From: an uncultured Acidimicrobiales bacterium
GTDB lineage: Bacteria > Actinomycetota > Acidimicrobiia > Acidimicrobiales > RAAP-2
Direction of reading: 5' to 3'
Length of the DNA: 64,000 nucleotides
Assembly: GCA_963769825.1 (NCBI GenBank)
Contig: CAVYNO010000019.1
Location: forward strand, 29,852-93,851
Shown: positions 31,515-40,910 of the stretch, one piece after another
Position numbering within the stretch: the first letter of the stretch is position 1
Layout: every line of letters starts with the position of its first letter
Program-made: the position numbers and the translations under genes
Notes under the pieces: model-generated
Database searches by the model: none
What the model was told of the DNA's origin: nothing
The model's input: the letters and a program-made list of their open reading frames with translations, nothing else

Positions 31515-33128
31515 TCAGGCTATGGGTTTGAGCCGCGACCGGCCCTGTGCCGGAATCTTCTGGCGACGGGGGAGAGTGAACGACGCGGCGGGCTTACTGC
31601 CGGCTTCGAGGAGGTCGGCTGTCGTGCACTCACCATCCTGGCCAGGCGGCGAGGCGGTGATCAAGGGACCGACTGGTGGTCCGCTGGTGCTGTCAGAGGT
31701 GCTCGGCAACCTCGGGATCTTCGTGATCGGCGCCCCGAGCGACGCGAGCGAGGAGGCGAGGTCGCCGGTCTGAGAGCGTCGCCAGGCGGAGATGTTGGGG
31801 GCGGTGACGCTGAACAATGTCTCCAGGAACCGCAACTGGGAGGTGTGGTCGAACGTCTCCGAGCTGACGTAGCCGCCGGCCGAGAATGGCGACACGACCA
31901 GCATGGGTACCCGGACGCCGAGCCCCAGCGGTCCCGTGATCCCACCGACTCCGGCCGGGAGAGGATTGACGGTCAGGTATTCGCCTGCAGTACCGGCCGG
32001 CGCTAAGGGCGGTGGGAGGTGGTCGAAGAACCCGTCGTTCTCGTCGTACATGATGAACAGAACGGTGCTGGCCCACACCTGGGGGTTCGAGAGAAGCGTG
32101 TCGAGGATCTGCTGGGTGTACCACTCGCCCAAAGCGGGCGGAGCCGGCGGGTGCTCGTCGTAAGTATCCGGAGACATGATCCACGAGACCTGGGGCAGGG
32201 TGTTGTTGGCCACGTCGGCGGCGAAGTCGCTCTGGTTGGGGTTGGTGCTGGTGAGACCGCCCGTGACATTGGGACCGTAGTAGTTGAAGGCGTTCTGGTA
32301 GAGCGGCGACGACGGGTTGGAGACGTATTGATTGAAGTAGAGCAGGACGTTCTTGTTGATGAACAGCGGGCTGCCCGGCTGGTAGAGCGATCCATACGGG
32401 TTGTAGCACTTCCAGGTGATCCCATTGGCCTGCAGCACCTCAGGCATGGTTTCCCACGAGCATGTGCCTTGCACCGGGCCCTGTTCCGAAGCGGTATCCC
32501 AGACCGGACCTCCGGCGACACCTGCCGGATCCATCGTTCCGGTCAATGACATGAGCCGGTTGGGATGGGTGGGGCCGAGGATCGAGCAGTAGTAGTGGTC
32601 GCAGATGGTGAACTTCTCAGCGAGGTCGTGGTAGAAGGGCAGGTCGCCCTTTTTGTAGTAACCCATGGTGTCGATACCGAGGGCGCCTTCATATCGGCTC
32701 GAGGTATGGGTGGACACGAAACTGTCCATGGCTCCGTTGTTGACGGAGTCGTGCTCGGCAACCCATGAGTGATCGAGGTCGTAGGTGCACTCGGCTTGCT
32801 TGCGGGTGTCCATGTGAAACGGGAGCAGCGTCGATTGCTGGCCTCCCGGCCACGACTGGGTGAAGGCACCGCGATTGGTGGCATCGTCATAACCGGCCAC
32901 GCCACCCAAGGTCCCGAAGTAGTGGTCGAACGACCGGTTCTCCTGCATCAGGAAGACCACGTGCTTGACCGCTCCCAGATCACTGCCGGCAGCTTTCACC
33001 GCCGCTGCCCGCTCGACAGTGGTGGGCCCGGTGGAGCGCACGTGGCCCAGTCGCGCCATGCCGAGGGCAGCCGCACCTCCGATGCCACCGGCCAGTATCT
33101 GCCTGCGGTTGAACACTGCGTCTGACAT
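31515..33128 (-). CDS. Tat-exported phosphoesterase-family enzyme (non-hemolytic phospholipase C / acid phosphatase type)
   Basis: ORF 31515..33167 with ATG at 33128. Twin-arginine signal MSDAVFNRRQILAGGIGGAAALGMA. VKHVVFLMQENRSFDHYFGTL is the phosphoesterase signature. Confidence 0.85.
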   Translation of the reverse strand: MSDAVFNRRQILAGGIGGAAALGMARLGHVRSTGPTTVERAAAVKAAGSDLGAVKHVVFLMQENRSFDHYFGTLGGVAGYDDATNRGAFTQSWPGGQQSTLLPFHMDTRKQAECTYDLDHSWVAEHDSVNNGAMDSFVSTHTSSRYEGALGIDTMGYYKKGDLPFYHDLAEKFTICDHYYCSILGPTHPNRLMSLTGTMDPAGVAGGPVWDTASEQGPVQGTCSWETMPEVLQANGITWKCYNPYGSLYQPGSPLFINKNVLLYFNQYVSNPSSPLYQNAFNYYGPNVTGGLTSTNPNQSDFAADVANNTLPQVSWIMSPDTYDEHPPAPPALGEWYTQQILDTLLSNPQVWASTVLFIMYDENDGFFDHLPPPLAPAGTAGEYLTVNPLPAGVGGITGPLGLGVRVPMLVVSPFSAGGYVSSETFDHTSQLRFLETLFSVTAPNISAWRRSQTGDLASSLASLGAPITKIPRLPSTSDSTSGPPVGPLITASPPGQDGECTTADLLEAGSKPAASFTLPRRQKIPAQGRSRLKPIA

Positions 33129-33253
33129 GGTCCCCCAAATGCGACGGCTCGGAGTCGCCTGCACCAACCCTAATCAACTGTCAGGAATGGTGCCGATTCT
33201 GGATCGTCTCCGATTCTGAACCAGCTCTCGAGGTCCTTCCTCTGACGACATCA

Positions 33254-33345
33254 GCGCCTGGGCCGAGGAGCGCCGGGCCGAGGAGCGCGGGGCCGAGGAA
33301 GCGCCGGGCCGAGGAAGCGCCGGGCCGAGGCGCGCCGGGCCGAGG
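33254..33345. repeat. GC-rich 15-16-bp tandem repeat GCGCCGGGCCGAGGA(A), 6 units
   Basis: Units start at 33254, 33270, 33285, 33301, 33317 and 33332. The array lies 126-217 bp upstream of the PLC start, in the ~750-bp divergent region between the PLC gene and the Tad operon. Confidence 0.9.
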
Positions 33346-33773
33346 GTGGCAATTCGGGCCAACGCGCCCGCAGAACTCCGACCACGCATCGTGGTCGGAC
33401 TGGTGCTCTATGTCACCGGGAATCCTCCGGGAAGCGGACCTTGGTTTCGTCGCTCCGCGAACGTGGAGCAAGGGGGAACCGGTGACCGTGCCGGTGTCAA
33501 CACCGTGGGCAACAGCCTGGTATGCGGCACGACGGCCCATCTGGGCTCTCACTGATCGCAGAGCCGGAAATCTCAGTCGTACCAACGAGAAATTGGGTAG
33601 CCGCCGGAAGCGCTGAAGAGTGAGACATGTCGACAAACGGTTCGGTGCAAGGTATTGACCAAGGCCCCGGCAAGGTCGTGGCTTCACACTGGACCGGTGC
33701 TCGTTGGACCGCGTTGTGACGGCGACGATCGCCGCGTCGTGCACCCGACCGCGGCGAGAAATGAACAAAGTAG

Positions 33774-33790
33774 TTGCACAGGGTGTGCAA
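33774..33790. promoter_or_regulatory. Perfect palindrome TTGCACA-GGG-TGTGCAA, candidate operator upstream of the Tad-type operon
   Basis: 7-bp arms at 33774-33780 and 33784-33790, about 92 bp upstream of GTG 33882. It sits in a locally AT-richer stretch. Confidence 0.3.
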
Positions 33791-33881
33791 TCAATCTTGC
33801 GTCGAATCTAGGTCGCTCTTATCGTCCGCCCCTCATGATTCGGCACCGCATCGATGGGCCCGTCACGTATGGGCAGGGAGT

Positions 33882-34820
33882 GTGAGGCGATCAGTGCGGC
33901 GCGGCGTGAGGATTGCGGCCATGGTGGCAGGGGTGGGGCCACTCCTCGTTCTCACCGCAGGCCCTTCGTCGGGCTCGGCCTCGGGCGGAGAAGGTCCTGG
34001 TGGCACCGTCACTGTCGGGGCTTCCGCGGGAGCATCATCGGGCGGTAGTCCCGGCAACCCCGCTGGACCAGGTGGGTCCAGCGGCGCCAATAGCGGGTCG
34101 GGTGGTTCTCCGTGGTCTTGCACGTACATGCCGCTCGGGCTCAACGATCAAGCTCTTCCACCCGGTGGTCCGACGCCCGGGGGCTGGTACTCGATGACCT
34201 GCAACGAAACCGATACGGGTGCTTCTTTTAACCGGACGCTGTGGATCTCCGCCCAGACACCCTCGCCGTCCTTGCCGACCGTCGATCCGCGTGCGCTCGC
34301 CCTCCAAGCGGAGCGATCGCTCCAACTCCCGAGGCCGGCGGTTCACTTCAATCCGCCGGGTTCGTCGGTCGTGAATCTCCCGACCTGGCTCTGGATCGAC
34401 GGTTCGATATGGCACCCGTATTCGGTCACCGCTACTGCGGGGTCTGTAACCGCCACCGCGGTAGCCACGCCGACCTTCGTCACCTGGACGATGGGGGACG
34501 GCAGCGTCGTGAACTGCGATGGTCCCGGAATGCCGTTCGATGTCTCAAGGCCGGCGGCTCAGCAGACGTCCTCGTGTGACTACGTCTATCGAATTACGTC
34601 GGCGGATCAGCGCACACCTGATGACAACCCCGACGACGCGGCATTTGGCGTGCTGGCATCGGTCTCCTGGGCCGTGGAGTGGTCAGCTCAGGGTGCACCG
34701 GGCGGTGGTGCCCTCCCCACGTTGACCACGTCGACGTTGACCGGGCTTCGGGTCGAGCAGGTGGAGAGCATCTTCGGGGCCGCTCTCGGTCCGACCTTCA
34801 CTGGAACAGCAGAGCAGTGA
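33882..34820 (+). CDS. Secreted protein of unknown function, first gene of the Tad-type operon
   Basis: ORF 33774..34820. GTG 33882 follows GGGCAGGGAG. N-terminus VRRSVRRGVRIAAMVAGVGPLLVLTAG, then a Gly/Ser/Pro-rich linker and a ~230-aa domain (…VVNLPTWLWIDGSIW…SSCDYVY…). I could not assign the domain. Confidence 0.6.
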   Translation: MRRSVRRGVRIAAMVAGVGPLLVLTAGPSSGSASGGEGPGGTVTVGASAGASSGGSPGNPAGPGGSSGANSGSGGSPWSCTYMPLGLNDQALPPGGPTPGGWYSMTCNETDTGASFNRTLWISAQTPSPSLPTVDPRALALQAERSLQLPRPAVHFNPPGSSVVNLPTWLWIDGSIWHPYSVTATAGSVTATAVATPTFVTWTMGDGSVVNCDGPGMPFDVSRPAAQQTSSCDYVYRITSADQRTPDDNPDDAAFGVLASVSWAVEWSAQGAPGGGALPTLTTSTLTGLRVEQVESIFGAALGPTFTGTAEQ

Positions 34821-35632
34821 CGTCAATCCTTGACCGGTCGTCGCCTCATGACCAACCTCGCCTGGACCTGGCGAATACGGCCCGGCTGCCACTCGTGCCC
34901 AGTGGTAGGAGGCCACTGATGATGGTCCTGTCCGCATTGCTGGTCTTCGTCAGCATCGCCGCATTCGCCAGCATCTATGTCAGGGCAAACCACAAACAAT
35001 CGGTCCTGATCGTCACGCAGACGATCGAGCAGGGTCAGCAAATCAATGGAGCCGATCTCGGATCGGTCAGCGTGTCGGCCTCCGGAGGGGCTCACCTGAT
35101 CCCGGTTACCGATGCTCAACTGCTCTCCGGACGGCGGGCTGCGGTCACCATCCCGTCCGGCTCACTGCTGGTGATGGCTGACACGACGACTGCACGAGCC
35201 ATCTCCCCAGGCGATGCCGTCGTCGGGGTGGCCTTGAAGGCAGGTCAACTTCCGTCGAGCGGTGTGGTTTCGGGGGAAACGGTGATGATCGTCGAGACCG
35301 GCGCTCCCGGGAGCCCTGTGACATCACCTGTCCAATCCTCGAGTGGCTCAGTGGGCGCAAGCTCGGGCTCGAGCTCACTGAGTGCCGGCGTCCCCGTACT
35401 CGTACCCCGCGCAACGGTGTTCGATGTTCAACCCGGATCCGGCGGGTCGAGCGGGTCCTCCGGGCTGGTCGCTCCGAGCGCGGCCCCCGACGCCGTACTG
35501 GTGTCCGTCGAAGTGTCGGACACGGACGCCCCCCTGGTGGCAACCGCTGCTGCCGTGGGTCAGGTCAGCCTGGTGCTCCTTACAGCCGGGTCGGGCGGTG
35601 GCGGCAGCACCACGGGGAACGGGCCGTCATGA
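34817..35632 (+). CDS. CpaB/RcpC-like (SAF-domain) Flp pilus assembly protein
   Basis: GTG 34817 overlaps the upstream stop (GTGA) in ORF 34679..35632. One N-terminal TM (MMVLSALLVFVSIAAFASIYV), then QTIEQGQQINGADL...IPSGSLLV (SAF-like) and a Ser/Gly-rich tail. Confidence 0.6.
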   Translation: MTSILDRSSPHDQPRLDLANTARLPLVPSGRRPLMMVLSALLVFVSIAAFASIYVRANHKQSVLIVTQTIEQGQQINGADLGSVSVSASGGAHLIPVTDAQLLSGRRAAVTIPSGSLLVMADTTTARAISPGDAVVGVALKAGQLPSSGVVSGETVMIVETGAPGSPVTSPVQSSSGSVGASSGSSSLSAGVPVLVPRATVFDVQPGSGGSSGSSGLVAPSAAPDAVLVSVEVSDTDAPLVATAAAVGQVSLVLLTAGSGGGGSTTGNGPS

Positions 35633-36576
35633 CCGTTGTCTCGTTCACTTCGGTAAAGGGGGCTCCGGGAGTCACCACCCTTTCCTGCCTTGTGTCGGCG
35701 GCTTGGCCAAGCGACCGGCGCGCGCTGCTCGTCGAAGGTGATCCGAGCGGTGGGGACCTGGCTGCGCGATTCCGGCTGTCTGCCAAGCGAGGGTGGCCCT
35801 CGTACGCCGCAGTATCCCGTCGGCTCGAGGGGCTGGAACCCATCTCCGCACACGTCCAGCAGCTCCCCGGGGGCCTGGACGTCATGGTGCGTGGGAGCTC
35901 CGACGAGCCGACTGAGAACCGTGAGGTTGTTCTGTCGCTGTTGGCGAGTGCCGAGCGCGACGAGGCAGGGAGGCGGGACGTGATCGCCGACATCGGCCGG
36001 TTGCTGCCAGGACAGCGAGGCGCCGAGCCGTGGCTCGAGCGGTCGACCACGGTCGCAGTCGTAGTGCGCCGCGACGCGGCCTCGATCCTCCATCTCCGTG
36101 ACCGCGCGATTGTGCTCCAATCCGGCTGTCGCGGCTGTGTTGGAATCGTGGTCGTTGGATCGGGACCGTTCTCTGCCCGGGACATCGAAGCGTTCACCGG
36201 GCTTCCTGTATTGGGTGAACTGCCCGACGATCCCAAGGCTGCGGAGATCGTTGGCGGTCGGGCTGGTTGCGGCTCTCGGTTGTCGCGGTCGCGGCTTGTC
36301 ATGTCCGCCTACCGGCTCGCCAACGTTCTCAGCGGCGAAGACCCGCTACTAGGGCAGTGCCCGGAGCAACCGGGCGGCGCCTCTCGAGCCTCGGCACCGC
36401 CGAGAACTGCAGAGGGGACTCTCTCGCAGGAGAATCCGAAAGATCGGTGGGAGCCGAGTGGGTCCGAGCGGACTAAGCAGCGTAAGGGGATGAGCCGGAC
36501 CATCCGCCGATCTCTCGACCGCTCGATCGCAGCAGGCCGATGGGTTCACGAGGCCGGAGGGAGGGCGCTCCGGTGA
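35629..36576 (+). CDS. TadZ/CpaE-like ParA-fold protein with a degenerate Walker A
   Basis: ORF 35629..36576, ATGA overlap. VVSFTSVKGAPGVTTLS replaces KGGxGK[ST]. ...VVVRRDAASI...VVGSGPFSARDIEAFTGLPVLGELPDDPKAA is a ParA/MinD-like layout. Confidence 0.6.
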   Translation: MTVVSFTSVKGAPGVTTLSCLVSAAWPSDRRALLVEGDPSGGDLAARFRLSAKRGWPSYAAVSRRLEGLEPISAHVQQLPGGLDVMVRGSSDEPTENREVVLSLLASAERDEAGRRDVIADIGRLLPGQRGAEPWLERSTTVAVVVRRDAASILHLRDRAIVLQSGCRGCVGIVVVGSGPFSARDIEAFTGLPVLGELPDDPKAAEIVGGRAGCGSRLSRSRLVMSAYRLANVLSGEDPLLGQCPEQPGGASRASAPPRTAEGTLSQENPKDRWEPSGSERTKQRKGMSRTIRRSLDRSIAAGRWVHEAGGRALR

Positions 36577-37991
36577 CGGACATCATCGCTATGGCCATCC
36601 GGGAGCGTGTGGCCGAAGATCTGGCCTCGCCGGCAGCAGCCGCCCTTATTGGCGACGACCGCCGCGAATACGCGCGCCGGCAGATCTTCGCCCACCTCGA
36701 CATGCTCACTGCTGAAGCCGAGCACGGGTGGGGCAGGTCCGAAAGCGGCGACGAGCAGCTGGCCCAGGAGGCCGAGCAGCACCTGGCTCAAGGGGTGCTG
36801 GATGCCTTGTTCGGGATGGGGCGGCTCCAGTCGTTGATCGATGACCCCGACATCGAGAACATCGATATCAATGGGTGCGACCGGGTATGGGCAACATTTG
36901 CCGATGGTTCGAAACGGATGATGCCCGCCGTGGCCGACAGCGACGAGGAGCTGATCGGTCTGGTGCGCTCCGCTGCCAGCCGGTTCGGCCTTTCCGAGCG
37001 GCGATTCGATTTGGCCCGACCCGAGTTGGACCTCCGCCTCAATGACGGCAGTCGCCTCTCGGCACTGATGGCGGTCACGGCGCGACCGGCCATTTCCATC
37101 CGCCGCCACCGGCTCTCGGACCTCTCGCTGTCCGATCTCAGGGCATTGGGCTCAATCGACCACGGCCTCGAATCCCTGCTCCATTCGGCCGTCCTCGCCC
37201 GGAAGAACATCATCGTCTCGGGGGCGATGAATTCTGGGAAGACAACCCTGCTCCGGGCACTCGCGTCCGAGATCCCACCCCGCGAGCGGTTGGTAACGAT
37301 CGAGCAGGCGTTTGAACTCGGACTGGACACCCCTGCACACCGCCACCCGGACATGGTTGCACTCGAGGCTCGGCAGGCCAACATGGAGGGTGCCGGCATG
37401 ATCTCCGTGGCTGATCTGGTCCGGCGCTCACTTCGCATGAATGCCGATCGGGTGATCGTGGGTGAGGTCCTTGGCGACGAGGTGCTACCCATGCTCAATG
37501 CCATGAGCCAGGGTCGATCGGGCTCGATGTGCACCATCCATGCCGATTCGTCCGCTGGTGTCTTCCGACGGATCGCCTCGTACGCGGTCCAAGCACCGGA
37601 GGGATTGCCTCTCGAGGCGAGCAACCTGTTGGTTGCCGGCGCCGTCCACTTTGTCGTGCATCTCGATTCCGATCTGCACGGATCGATGGATCGGACCGAA
37701 TTTCACGTTCAGGACTCGATCCATGATGAGGACTCCTTCGAGAGAGTCGACGATCGGGTGCAACGTGGGGAGCAGCGCTTCGGGGCGGGGGCGGCCCGGG
37801 CCAGATACATCGCGTCCGTTCGCGAGGTGGTCGACGCCGAGGGGATGCACGTCATCTCCAATGAGATCTATAGACCTGGTCCTGACGGCCGAGCTCGGGC
37901 TGCCTCGCCATTACAGCCCGCGACGCTCCGAGAGTTGACCACGTTCGGCTACGAACCGGCCGGCCCCGGCTTCCTCGACACTCGGGCATGA
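36573..37991 (+). CDS. tadA: TadA/CpaF secretion ATPase
   Basis: ORF 36540..37991. GTG 36573 overlaps the upstream stop and follows GGAGGGAGGG. DIENIDINGCDRVW, Walker A GAMNSGKTTLL, RVIVGEV (Walker B), and SGSMCTIHADS (His box). Confidence 0.9.
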   Translation: MTDIIAMAIRERVAEDLASPAAAALIGDDRREYARRQIFAHLDMLTAEAEHGWGRSESGDEQLAQEAEQHLAQGVLDALFGMGRLQSLIDDPDIENIDINGCDRVWATFADGSKRMMPAVADSDEELIGLVRSAASRFGLSERRFDLARPELDLRLNDGSRLSALMAVTARPAISIRRHRLSDLSLSDLRALGSIDHGLESLLHSAVLARKNIIVSGAMNSGKTTLLRALASEIPPRERLVTIEQAFELGLDTPAHRHPDMVALEARQANMEGAGMISVADLVRRSLRMNADRVIVGEVLGDEVLPMLNAMSQGRSGSMCTIHADSSAGVFRRIASYAVQAPEGLPLEASNLLVAGAVHFVVHLDSDLHGSMDRTEFHVQDSIHDEDSFERVDDRVQRGEQRFGAGAARARYIASVREVVDAEGMHVISNEIYRPGPDGRARAASPLQPATLRELTTFGYEPAGPGFLDTRA

Positions 37992-38839
37992 TTTCCGCTC
38001 CTGCCCTGTTGTGGAGCATTTGCTTCGGGCTCGGTGTTGTCGGGATAGCGGCCTCGTGGTCGAAGCCGTCCTCACGGCCACCGCCCGGACAGGCTGGCTC
38101 CCGCGTCGGCGCGCACGTTCGGACGAGGCTTCCGCGCCTCGGACTTGGGGTTGCCACCGGCGCGGTGGCCCTGCTGGTCACCGGCTGGCCCGCCGCCCTC
38201 CTGGTGGGCGGGGTGGCCGCGTACGGGGTTCCCATTCTCGTCAGCCGGACCTCGGGGTCGGTCTCGATCACCAAGATTGAAGCCATCGCCACCTGGACCG
38301 AGATGCTCCAGGGCACGCTTGCCGCTTCGGCGGGGCTGGGGGAGGCGATCATCGCCACTTCCTCCCTGAGTCCCCCGGTGATCAGGGGCGCGACTGTACG
38401 ACTCGCTGCCCGGCTGCGCTCGGGCATGCACCCTGGTGAGGCCTTGGTCCAGTACGCCGACGAACTAGACGACCCGTGTGCCGACCGTGTGGTGTGCGCG
38501 CTGGTGTTGGCCGTCTCCTCGCGTGTCCAACGGTTGGGCGATCTGCTAATGGCGTTGGCCGACTCGACCAGGGAGGAGGTGGCACTGCGACTGCGCGTTG
38601 AGGCCTCTCGAGCTTCGGTACGGAGCAGCGTGCGTACCGTTGTCGTGTTTTCGATCACGTTCGGCGCCGGGCTGACCCTCCTTGGTCACCGCTATCTGGC
38701 ACCGTTCGGCACAGGCCGAGGACAGCTCGTACTGCTCCTGGTCGGAGCGCTGTACGCGGCGGGCCTGAGTCTGATGACCTCGTTAGCCCGACCGCCGGCG
38801 CCCATCCGCTTGATCGGCGATGGGGCGGCGAGACGATGA
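37988..38839 (+). CDS. tadB: TadB-like type II secretion system F-family membrane protein
   Basis: ORF 37988..38839, ATGA overlap. TM segments flank a cytoplasmic T2SSF-like region (ATWTEMLQGTLAASAGLGEAI...). Confidence 0.72.
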   Translation: MISAPALLWSICFGLGVVGIAASWSKPSSRPPPGQAGSRVGAHVRTRLPRLGLGVATGAVALLVTGWPAALLVGGVAAYGVPILVSRTSGSVSITKIEAIATWTEMLQGTLAASAGLGEAIIATSSLSPPVIRGATVRLAARLRSGMHPGEALVQYADELDDPCADRVVCALVLAVSSRVQRLGDLLMALADSTREEVALRLRVEASRASVRSSVRTVVVFSITFGAGLTLLGHRYLAPFGTGRGQLVLLLVGALYAAGLSLMTSLARPPAPIRLIGDGAARR

Positions 38840-39814
38840 GCGTCGCCATCGCCATCGGGGCCCTGGTCGGGGTCGGTTGCATCGGAATGCTCCGGGGCCT
38901 CAGGACGGAGAGGCCCACGCTTGAGGCCATCGCCGCCGCCCTCGATCGTTGGTCGGATGCAGGTACTGAGCCCCATGGTCAATCCGATTCACCGAGTTCA
39001 CCCGGCTTCCTCCTTGCAACCAGCTCTCCGGTTTTGACTGGTCGGCTCGGTTTGCCACGTCCGTCCATTCGGTCCGGGAGTGTGGCGATCGTGGAGCTCA
39101 TGAACCGGTCGGCGGTCACCAAACGGTGGTGGCGGTCGCTGGGTCCCAGCTTCGCCATCACCGGGGTCTCACCCGAGCAAGTCGCCGCGAAGATGCTCGT
39201 CTTGGGCGGGACCGGTCTGCTCGCCCCGCCGTCAGCCTGGCTTATTTCAGAGATCGCCGGACTATTCCCGGTTCCTCTCGGGATACCGGCTCTCATCTCG
39301 CTCGTGGCGACCCCGTTCCTTGTGGCATTGCCCGTCATCCGCCTCGTGAGCCAAGCCCGAGAGCGACAGCACCACGCGTGCGTGGTCGTCAGCTCCTTTG
39401 TCGACTTGGTCGTTCTCAACCTGGCGGGGGGGATGGGTATCGAGAGCGCGCTGCTCGACTGCCGCTCAGGTGAGCTCGGATTGGATGGCAGAGCGAATCT
39501 CGAGATCGCTGCTGATTGCGCGGGAGGGTGGCCGACCGTCTTGGTTGGCGCTGAGCCAGTTGGGCGACGAGATCGGGGTGCCCGAGTTGGTCGAGCTATC
39601 GGCGACACTTCAACTTGCTGGCACGGAGGGATCGCGCATCCGCCAGTCGTTGAGTGCTCGTGCTATGGCCCTTCGGAGACATGAGCAGGCTGACGCCGAA
39701 ACCGCAGCCAACACGACGACCGAGCGGCTCTTCCTGCCGGGAGCGCTCCTTCTCGTCGGCTTCCTCCTCTTCGTGGGGTACCCCGCGTTCAGCCGAATTG
39801 TCGGGGGGTTCTAA
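38836..39814 (+). CDS. tadC: TadC-like type II secretion system F-family membrane protein, interrupted by a 1-nt insertion at about 39457
   Basis: ORF 38836..39684 up to ...LNLAGGMGIESALL. ORF 39398..39814 in the next frame continues TAAQVSSDWMAERISRSLLIAREGGRPSWLALSQLGDEIGVPELVEL...LFLPGALLLVGFLLFVGYPAF. Confidence 0.7.
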
Positions 39815-39880
39815 GCATCCCGCTGAATCACTTCATCGACCAGCAAGACCAATCAACAATCAAGAAGAAAGGAATTCCCA

Positions 39881-40072
39881 ATGCCCAACCAGATCGTGGC
39901 CCTCTGGACCTACCTCCGATCCCGAGCCGGAGTGTCGGGTGGATGGGATGAGACGGGAACTGTCGTCGAGAAGGTCATCCTCACTGCCATCTTCGCCGCG
40001 TTGGCCATCGCTATCGGCGCCATCATCGTAGCCAAGGTCACCGCCAAGGCGAACTCGATCAACCTCAACTGA
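39881..40072 (+). CDS. Flp-like (type IVb/Tad) prepilin candidate
   Basis: ORF 39881..40072 (63 aa), GAAAGGA RBS. Charged leader ...SGGWDETG, then TVVEKVILTAIFAALAIAIGAIIVAKV. The position between tadC and tadE matches Tad loci. Confidence 0.55.
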   Translation: MPNQIVALWTYLRSRAGVSGGWDETGTVVEKVILTAIFAALAIAIGAIIVAKVTAKANSINLN

Positions 40073-40491
40073 TGATTGGCTTTGGTGACGCTCACCTTCG
40101 CAGTGAAGTCGACCGTCGCCGAGGGGAGTGCGGCTCCGCAGCCGTCGAAACCGTCATCATCGTGCCAGTGGTCATGCTCGTCCTGGTGATCATGATCCAA
40201 ATGGTCCTGTGGGCGCACGCCGCCCAGGTCGCCCACCTTGCGGCATCAGAGGGAGCCAGGGCGGCGGTATCGGTGGGAGGTGGGGTGACCGTCGGTGCGA
40301 ACCGGGCACAGGCAGTGCTGGCGTCTTCCGGTTCGGACGTCGAGTCCCCAAACGCCTTGGCGCAGATGCTGCCCGGCGATCAGATCAGTGTGACGGTGAC
40401 CGGAAGGGCTCTGTCGCTGGTCCCCTGGCTGTCGCTCCCGGTATCTGCTACCCAAGAGGGCCCGATTCAGGAATTTCGCTCGTCCGAATGA
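40072..40491 (+). CDS. TadE-family pseudopilin-like protein
   Basis: ORF 40072..40491. RGECGSAAVETVIIVPVVMLVLVIMIQMVLW is a TadE-type N-terminus. Confidence 0.7.
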   Translation: MIGFGDAHLRSEVDRRRGECGSAAVETVIIVPVVMLVLVIMIQMVLWAHAAQVAHLAASEGARAAVSVGGGVTVGANRAQAVLASSGSDVESPNALAQMLPGDQISVTVTGRALSLVPWLSLPVSATQEGPIQEFRSSE

Positions 40492-40910
40492 AGAGGCTGG
40501 AACAAAAGGACGACCGCGGGAGCTTGACGGTTGAGCTGGTGCTACTGACGCCAGCATTGCTCATTGTCGTTCTGACCATCGTCGCGTTTGGTCGGGTCTC
40601 GGAATCGCGACAGCAGGTAGCTGAGGCGGCCGGTGCCGGCGCCGACGCTGCTGCCGTGGGTTCGGACGCCCCTCGTGCCGTCTCCGGTGCTGAGCTCGAT
40701 GCGAGAGCCGAAGTCGCCGGCCATCTACACACCTGCGGAAATCCCCAAATCGACACGGATACCAGTCACTTCTACCCCGGTGGGTTCGTGACTGTGACGG
40801 TGATCTGCCACATCGCTCTCTCGGACCTGCTCGTTCCCGGCATGCCGGGGAGCACCACCATCCAGGCGTCCTCGACCGCGCCCATCGATCCGTTCCGAGC
40901 GGTCGGATGA
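40488..40910 (+). CDS. TadE-family pseudopilin-like protein (second copy)
   Basis: ATG 40488 (ATGA overlap) inside ORF 40128..40910. DDRGSLTVELVLLTPALLIVVLTIVAFGRV. Confidence 0.65.
   Translation: MKRLEQKDDRGSLTVELVLLTPALLIVVLTIVAFGRVSESRQQVAEAAGAGADAAAVGSDAPRAVSGAELDARAEVAGHLHTCGNPQIDTDTSHFYPGGFVTVTVICHIALSDLLVPGMPGSTTIQASSTAPIDPFRAVG

Noticed and set aside
33193-33218. Direct repeat CCGATTCTG(G/A)A x2, 17 bp apart, upstream of the phospholipase C gene, as a PhoP (PHO box) site
   Set aside because: Actinobacterial PHO boxes, as I recall them, are adjacent 11-nt direct repeats with a GTTCACC-like core. Neither the sequence nor the 17-bp spacing fits. Left unassigned.
33181-33768. 195-aa minus-strand ORF filling the region between the PLC gene and the Tad operon
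   Set aside because: It reads through the GC-rich tandem repeat (giving LGPALLGPALLGPG). It is Arg-rich and has no RBS or domain, so I treated the region as non-coding regulatory DNA.
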